DNA of 64,000 nt from an uncultured Gammaproteobacteria bacterium (GTDB taxonomy: Bacteria; Patescibacteriota; Microgenomatia; UBA8517), in NCBI GenBank assembly GCA_964427735.1, contig CAYRUS010000002.1, forward strand, positions 3,734-67,733, written 5' to 3'. Position 1 is the first letter of the stretch. Every line of letters begins with the position of its first letter. Positions 59,173 through 64,000 of the stretch are shown here, piece after piece. The notes under the pieces are model-generated. The model was not told where the DNA came from. It made no database searches and saw nothing but the letters and a program-made list of their open reading frames with translations. A program made the translations under genes and the position numbers.

Positions 59173-59628
59173 TTAATTTTGTACCTCTCCCCATGTACGT
59201 ATAATAAATTCCACCCAATTTTTTGCGTTTTCAACTTCACGTAATCCCATCAAACTTAAAGCCATATTAATGTCGTTATTGGCGATATCCATTGATTGGG
59301 CTATTGGACTTTGAATAGCACTAATAATGGGATCACCAACCAACTTTATTTTTCTTGACAATACAAATGAATCCCGTAGCCTATCTTCTCTCACTAGGTC
59401 AACAACTTTATTAGACAGTTTGTTTATTAAAACTACATGTGCTGCCATTCTCAATATACCTTCTTCATTCAGTCCTTTAAAATCAAATTTTGGATATCTT
59501 TTTTCTATAAAACCTCGTGCCGTACTAACTGAAACAGTAAGTTCAGGTAAATTATTAAATTCATCCTCATTTAATATAGATGCAAATGAGGTTTGCGGTA
59601 AATAGTCTGGCAATCCTTCGACTGTCAT
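59173..59628 (-). CDS. Hypothetical protein
   Basis: 151-aa ORF; TATAAT 6 nt before ATG. Confidence 0.7.
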   Translation of the reverse strand: MTVEGLPDYLPQTSFASILNEDEFNNLPELTVSVSTARGFIEKRYPKFDFKGLNEEGILRMAAHVVLINKLSNKVVDLVREDRLRDSFVLSRKIKLVGDPIISAIQSPIAQSMDIANNDINMALSLMGLREVENAKNWVEFIIRTWGEVQN

Positions 59629-59744
59629 AGATATATTATAGGGTTTCTAGTCAGTTTTTCAAGCTATAATTGGATAATGATGCTAAAAGAATTTATAATC
59701 TTTGAACATTTGATTTATTTTGATCAAGCTATATAATGTTGGCC

Positions 59745-60194
59745 ATGAGTGAAACTGACAGAAACTTTAGTGAGGTACCAGAAGTCGCAAGAGAACAAAA
59801 ATTCTTGGAAGAATGCCGCGAAATAATCGAATCTACTACTCCTCTTATCATAGACAAATTATTACTTATAAATGGAAATAAACCAAGCGAATTAGAAGGA
59901 CTTTTAAATGATATTTTAAATTTCGCGTATCGTATAGGCATGTCATCGATTTCAGAGAGAAGGTTGGCTTCAGAAAGACATAAAGTAGATCCTTTTAAAG
60001 ACCTGCACAAATCTCCAGACGCAATGACTGCTAGACAAGACACAACAATTCATGCACAAAAGGCAGTTCTACCCCTAATTCGACAGCTACCAGAATTATT
60101 GGAAAAAAGGGCTAAATTAGTAGCAGAAGGAAAATCTCCTCTTCAAAAACCAAGCCCAAGCTCCCTGCCCGGTGGGAAAGACAATATTAATTAG
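59745..60194 (+). CDS. Hypothetical protein
   Basis: Start reassigned to MSETDR at 59745, 7 nt after TATAAT. Confidence 0.65.
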   Translation: MSETDRNFSEVPEVAREQKFLEECREIIESTTPLIIDKLLLINGNKPSELEGLLNDILNFAYRIGMSSISERRLASERHKVDPFKDLHKSPDAMTARQDTTIHAQKAVLPLIRQLPELLEKRAKLVAEGKSPLQKPSPSSLPGGKDNIN

Positions 60195-60246
60195 TAAGGT
60201 ATAAACTCAATATTGCAATTTTTCACAGCTTAAATTATTCTTAGTT

Positions 60247-60603
60247 ATGGTCGAACAGCCCACCTTTTCCCCAGAAACTATAAATCTAGCTAATCAACTT
60301 GTAGAAAAGTTATCAGAAAGCAAAATCACACCTAAAACCATTGAAAAGCTGTACCAAACACTTATAGACCAAGAAAACATTTATGGCGTAGAGATACTGC
60401 AACTAAACGGACATGTCGGACCTGCAGGAATTTATTTTACTAAGGTGGATGGAAGCGAGTTACATTTACATTTTAATGGTGCCATTCTCCACTATGAATC
60501 TCCTTTTAAACCACAACGGCACAAAGAATTTATCGACTACCCTCTTACTATTGAGGATTTCCTTAAATCTTACTTAACAAAATTGGAACAGTCCCTAAGG
60601 TAA
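60247..60603 (+). CDS. Hypothetical protein
   Basis: 118-aa ORF. Confidence 0.65.
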   Translation: MVEQPTFSPETINLANQLVEKLSESKITPKTIEKLYQTLIDQENIYGVEILQLNGHVGPAGIYFTKVDGSELHLHFNGAILHYESPFKPQRHKEFIDYPLTIEDFLKSYLTKLEQSLR

Positions 60604-60666
60604 ATCTTATCTACTAAATTCTCTATCAAAACTGAAGTTGGTAGTTAGCTCTGAAAGTATGAGGCA

Positions 60667-60921
60667 TTAACTGATAGAAATATTCGAGTAATCTCCGATT
60701 TCTCCAAATTTCTTAATTCTTTTAATACATTTTGCACAAAGCCTCATTTGCTGAGGGTCACTTTCATTAACTACAACTGAAACTTTTTGTAAGTTAGGTT
60801 TAAAGATACGACGAGTTACAGGAGCTCTTTTTCTCCATCTTTTACCTGCGATTCCCCTTTTATGCTGTTGGGAACGTCCTACAACTGTTGTTTTTCCACA
60901 AATGTTACAAGCTATTGCCAT
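60667..60921 (-). CDS. rpmB: 50S ribosomal protein L28 (zinc-binding type)
   Basis: CNICGK...TRRIFKPNLQ...CAKC; start corrected to 60921. Confidence 0.92.
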   Translation of the reverse strand: MAIACNICGKTTVVGRSQQHKRGIAGKRWRKRAPVTRRIFKPNLQKVSVVVNESDPQQMRLCAKCIKRIKKFGEIGDYSNISIS

Positions 60922-60982
60922 ATTTATCCTTTCGAAAATATCCAATCTGAATTATACTATATAAGATAAATTATTTAAAGAT

Positions 60983-61639
60983 ATGGAAATAATTGGCTTA
61001 ATATTAGGGTTTTTGGTCGCAATAATCATTCATGAGGTGTCTCATGCATGGATGGCCGTGCGCCTAGGAGACCCTACACCTAAATTAATGGGGAGGCTAT
61101 CTCTGAACCCTGCTGTTCATTATGATCCAGTAGGTACAACACTTTTGATAGTTACTACATTTCTAGCATTTGTAACATCTTACCCAATTATTCCGTTTGG
61201 TTGGGCAAAACCAGTACAATTTGATCCATATAATTTAGAAAGCCCTAGAAGAGACACTGCCTTGATATCATTAGCTGGACCAGTTTCAAATTTAATTTTA
61301 GCAACCATTCTTTCGGTTTTTTTAAGACTAGTTAGTACCCCATTTTCACCATTTGGCTTCATCACTAGTTTAATTGTACCTGTAATTGTCCTTAATGTGG
61401 TACTAGCAATTTTTAACCTTCTACCAATTCACCCCTTGGATGGTGGAAAAATATTAGTTGGGATATTGCCAGAAAAAGATGCTTATAAAGTAGATGCCTT
61501 TTTAAAACAGTATGGCATGTTATTGTTACTTTTCTTGATTTTTCCAACTTTTGGTGGTTCCTCACCTGCAAGATTGATAATTTTACCTTTGCTAAGGGTG
61601 ATTTTAGGATTACTTTTACCTTCTAACCCAATAATTTAG
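60983..61639 (+). CDS. Site-2 protease (M50) family membrane metalloprotease
   Basis: HEVSH, LGDPT, GWAKPV, AGPVSN, FNLLPIHPLDGG. Confidence 0.93.
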   Translation: MEIIGLILGFLVAIIIHEVSHAWMAVRLGDPTPKLMGRLSLNPAVHYDPVGTTLLIVTTFLAFVTSYPIIPFGWAKPVQFDPYNLESPRRDTALISLAGPVSNLILATILSVFLRLVSTPFSPFGFITSLIVPVIVLNVVLAIFNLLPIHPLDGGKILVGILPEKDAYKVDAFLKQYGMLLLLFLIFPTFGGSSPARLIILPLLRVILGLLLPSNPII

Positions 61640-61698
61640 CTTCCATTCTTGCATAACTCATACTGTATTCTTATATGGAACTTTGCTAGAATATAATT

Positions 61699-61902
61699 GC
61701 CCTGTCAGTTAGCGAAGGCTAACAAAAGGGATACTTGAGGCAAGCTTTTTCCTCACTAAAAAGCACATTGGGAGTCCAACTGATGATGTGGCTAGGTATT
61801 TTACCTAGACTCGGGTATATATCTTTGTCCCGTGGGATAGAGATGAACCCACCCACTTAGTATCATCGAGGGAAATCCTACCCTTAAGCCCTTTGGCAGG
61901 GT
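61699..61902 (+). ncRNA. Structured ~200-nt ncRNA, possibly 6S RNA
   Basis: 5' CCCTGTCA pairs with 3' TGGCAGGG; nested AAAGGG/CCCTTT, CTTGAGG/CCTTAAG, TGATGAT/ATCATCG; upstream TAGAAT; downstream T run. Confidence 0.55.
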
Positions 61903-62035
61903 TTTTATTTGCTTATTAAACCTTTATAAGCACTAGTTATCAACATTCCTTGATCACTCACTAGATCGTGAAGCTTGTTCTAATAAGTTGTAGAATCTCC
62001 CGACAATTGAAGTTACTATAGATAAAATAATCAGG

Positions 62036-62120
62036 TGCTGAGAGAGGGATTCGAACCCCCGTAGGCCGTACGGCCGCCAGATTTACAGTCTGGTGCGATT
62101 GTCCACTCCGCCACCTCAGC
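62036..62120 (-). tRNA. tRNA-Tyr (GTA)
   Basis: GCTGAGG acceptor, CCAGA-CTGTAAA-TCTGG anticodon arm, long variable arm, GTTCGAATC; full CCA not encoded. Confidence 0.95.
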
Positions 62121-62141
62121 TAAAACTATATTTAATTTTAC

Positions 62142-62217
62142 TGGAGCCTAGGGAGGGATTCGAACCCTCGACCCCTTGTTTACAAAACAAGTGCTCTAAC
62201 CACTGAGCTACCCAGGC
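62142..62217 (-). tRNA. tRNA-Thr (TGT)
   Basis: GCCTGGG acceptor, CTTGT-TTTGTAA-ACAAG anticodon arm, GTTCGAATC, encoded CCA. Confidence 0.95.
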
Positions 62218-62319
62218 TAATAATCCCTTTTGAGGCTACATAATTATACCTAATTAGAGGTTTTATGTCTATTGATACTAGTAAACATTATTTGATCAGA
62301 TACTATAATTTTGAGGTTC

Positions 62320-63177
62320 TCAACTCCTTTTCTCAGCATATATGAAGGCTAAGGATGTGGAGATCAAGAAGAAGCTAACTAACATTGCGACTATTGTGTA
62401 TGATGATACTCCACTGTCTGGCAAAGGCATAGGTGTTGATGTAGTAGAAAGACCACCTTTTGTTGGTGCATCAGTTGCAGTTGGCTTTGGTGTCGGTGTT
62501 GCTGTAACCGCAGGATCGTCATTGTCTTCATCGTCGTCATTGTCATCAGCAGGTGTTGTAGGAGTTGCTGTAGGAGTTTGAGTCGGATCAGTTGGATTAG
62601 CAGTAGGAGTTGCTGTTATTTGTGGAGCACCTCCGATTGTAATACTTGTATTCTGGACTGATTGAAGAACGTTTCCTGTCTCTCCTGCAGCTGTTACGAT
62701 TGTGCCTTCAGTAGTGCTTCCTGGTGTGAATTTAAATGTAATATCAGAAGTCCCTTCACCAACAGCATCAAAGTTAAGTATAGCTACCCTACCAGCTGTG
62801 GTTGTTGGTGTAGTACCTGCTTGAAAATACATACTATAAAGTATTAATCCGTTGGTGGAGTCAACAACCTTTTCCAATTCCACAGTATTTGCAAATAAAG
62901 TCCCCTGTTCTAAGTCTGCAGCTGTAATTGACAAAACCGAAGGATTGTAATTAATCTCCAAAGTAACAGCACTTACTGCGTTTGAATTAGGTTGTATGTC
63001 CACAAAAACTGGAATAGAATCACCCACTGTACCATTTGTTTTATCTGGATTTAGAGTTAGGAGTGTTGCTGGAGCTGCTTGTTCTCGGATATCCTGTGGA
63101 CGCATAGCTAAATATACACCTGCAGCTATTCCGAGTACTGCAATTATTGTTGTTATTACTATTAATACTTTTTTCAT
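62320..63177 (-). CDS. Cohesin-domain surface protein with P/T linker and LPxSG-TM-basic tail
   Basis: AVTLEINYNPSVL cohesin-like strand, VAILNF; LPDSG, TM, KRS. Confidence 0.75.
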   Translation of the reverse strand: MKKVLIVITTIIAVLGIAAGVYLAMRPQDIREQAAPATLLTLNPDKTNGTVGDSIPVFVDIQPNSNAVSAVTLEINYNPSVLSITAADLEQGTLFANTVELEKVVDSTNGLILYSMYFQAGTTPTTTAGRVAILNFDAVGEGTSDITFKFTPGSTTEGTIVTAAGETGNVLQSVQNTSITIGGAPQITATPTANPTDPTQTPTATPTTPADDNDDDEDNDDPAVTATPTPKPTATDAPTKGGLSTTSTPMPLPDSGVSSYTIVAMLVSFFLISTSLAFIYAEKRS

Positions 63178-63234
63178 TTTGGACAGGTCTTTTTTTATAT
63201 TAAACTAATTTTTTAAATGATGCGAGTAGATGTT

Positions 63235-63870
63235 TTAGTTTACCTCTACCGCAAGGGATTCAGCTTTAAAAGCTGGTGCATTCCCTGCCCCATGAGTATA
63301 AAATGACTCAGGGCTTACATTTATTAAAACTGAACCACTAGACTTTTGAACAGCTTCAAATTCAAATACCGCAACCGTAGAACTCTGGGTTAAATCTGTT
63401 TCTGGAATTCTAGTATAATCAAAAGTAGCAATCCCATTTTCATTATCTATTTCACTAAATTCTACAAAAGATCTTTCCATAATATCTCCAGCTTTAGAAC
63501 TATTTAATTGAATAACTTCAGGATCATAGGTTATTACTAAACTTACTGCATTAAAGTCACTTTCAATACTTCCCAACTTATTTAATCTAACTTCATAAAC
63601 CTCACCTGAATTCCAACTTGTAGTATTTGCTACAAGACTAGCATTAAAGTTGTTATTAGGAGTTTCGGTATCTTCAAAAAATCCATCGCTTCTTTGACTA
63701 TCATCACCTGCCTGACCCACTCTGTCTTCCACATCATCAAGAAGGTCTTCACCAAAATTCTGAATTCCTGATCTATTTGTTTTACTAGCATTAGTGCTTA
63801 GGATGTAGACAAATATAACACCTATTAGCAGTATGGCTGCAAATATTAAAGTGATTTTTGAATTCTTCAT
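63235..63870 (-). CDS. Membrane-anchored cohesin-domain protein
   Basis: N-terminal TM; AVSLVITYDPEVIQL, IDNENG, VAVFEFEA. Confidence 0.72.
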   Translation of the reverse strand: MKNSKITLIFAAILLIGVIFVYILSTNASKTNRSGIQNFGEDLLDDVEDRVGQAGDDSQRSDGFFEDTETPNNNFNASLVANTTSWNSGEVYEVRLNKLGSIESDFNAVSLVITYDPEVIQLNSSKAGDIMERSFVEFSEIDNENGIATFDYTRIPETDLTQSSTVAVFEFEAVQKSSGSVLINVSPESFYTHGAGNAPAFKAESLAVEVN

Positions 63871-63873
63871 GTT

Positions 63874-64000
63874 TTAACTTGTTTTACGCCAGTTAGTGAA
63901 AATATAACTAAAATCTACAACGTTTACAATACCGTCATTATTGATGTCAGCTTCTGGTGGGTTTGGATTAGTTTCTCTGTAATTATCGCGCCAAAGGTTA
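63874..64000 (-). CDS. 3' end of a dockerin-domain protein (partial)
   Basis: ...NLWRDNYRETNPNPPEADINNDGIVNVVDFSYIFTNWRKTS*; DxNxDGxVNxxD Ca-binding loop. Confidence 0.75.
   Translation of the reverse strand, partial: NLWRDNYRETNPNPPEADINNDGIVNVVDFSYIFTNWRKTS

Noticed and set aside
62036-62217. tRNAs as an integration site for a prophage or island
   Set aside because: No integrase and no duplicated tRNA 3' end seen in the window
977-63208. Numerous 60-120 aa antisense or nested ORFs in the track (e.g. 2559-2858, 19624-19968, 32101-32469, 44573-44923)
   Set aside because: Shadows of well-supported genes, with no motifs or expression signals
1-64000. Genetic code 25 (TGA=Gly) as in Gracilibacteria/SR1
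   Set aside because: frr, fmt, topA and ybeY terminate at TGA at the expected lengths

Overview
AT-rich bacterial chromosomal segment, translated with code 11 (conserved genes end in TAA, TAG and TGA). Gene content points to a Patescibacteria/CPR genome, probably Microgenomates (inference): short EF-Ts, short ProRS, rpsB-tsf-frr without pyrH, O-antigen-ligase/TPR protein, cohesin/dockerin surface proteins, many orphan ORFs and widespread leaderless starts. Housekeeping blocks are cysS; recR-ybaB-dnaX-ybeY-yqeY-hit-proS-rseP; frr-tsf-rpsB; thyX-tmk-tdk-glyA-folD; mreB-pbp2-dprA-topA; def-fmt; rpmB; tRNA-Thr and tRNA-Tyr. Accessory genes lie between them: two convergent ABC-F genes plus a nucleotidyltransferase, an SGNH/Ig-repeat surface protein, a GH130 operon, a Fic-wHTH gene behind 10-bp tandem repeats, a kinase/pseudokinase-like pair, a 1006-aa ART-like plus kinase-like protein and an orphan GT2. 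Best leads: a candidate set of host-directed effectors sharing acidic/Pro N-terminal leaders, a cohesin-dockerin surface assembly with a sortase-like anchor, a ~200-nt structured ncRNA, and a 48-bp direct repeat bracketing a DUF3850 gene. No CRISPR array, rRNA, integrase or transposase was seen.
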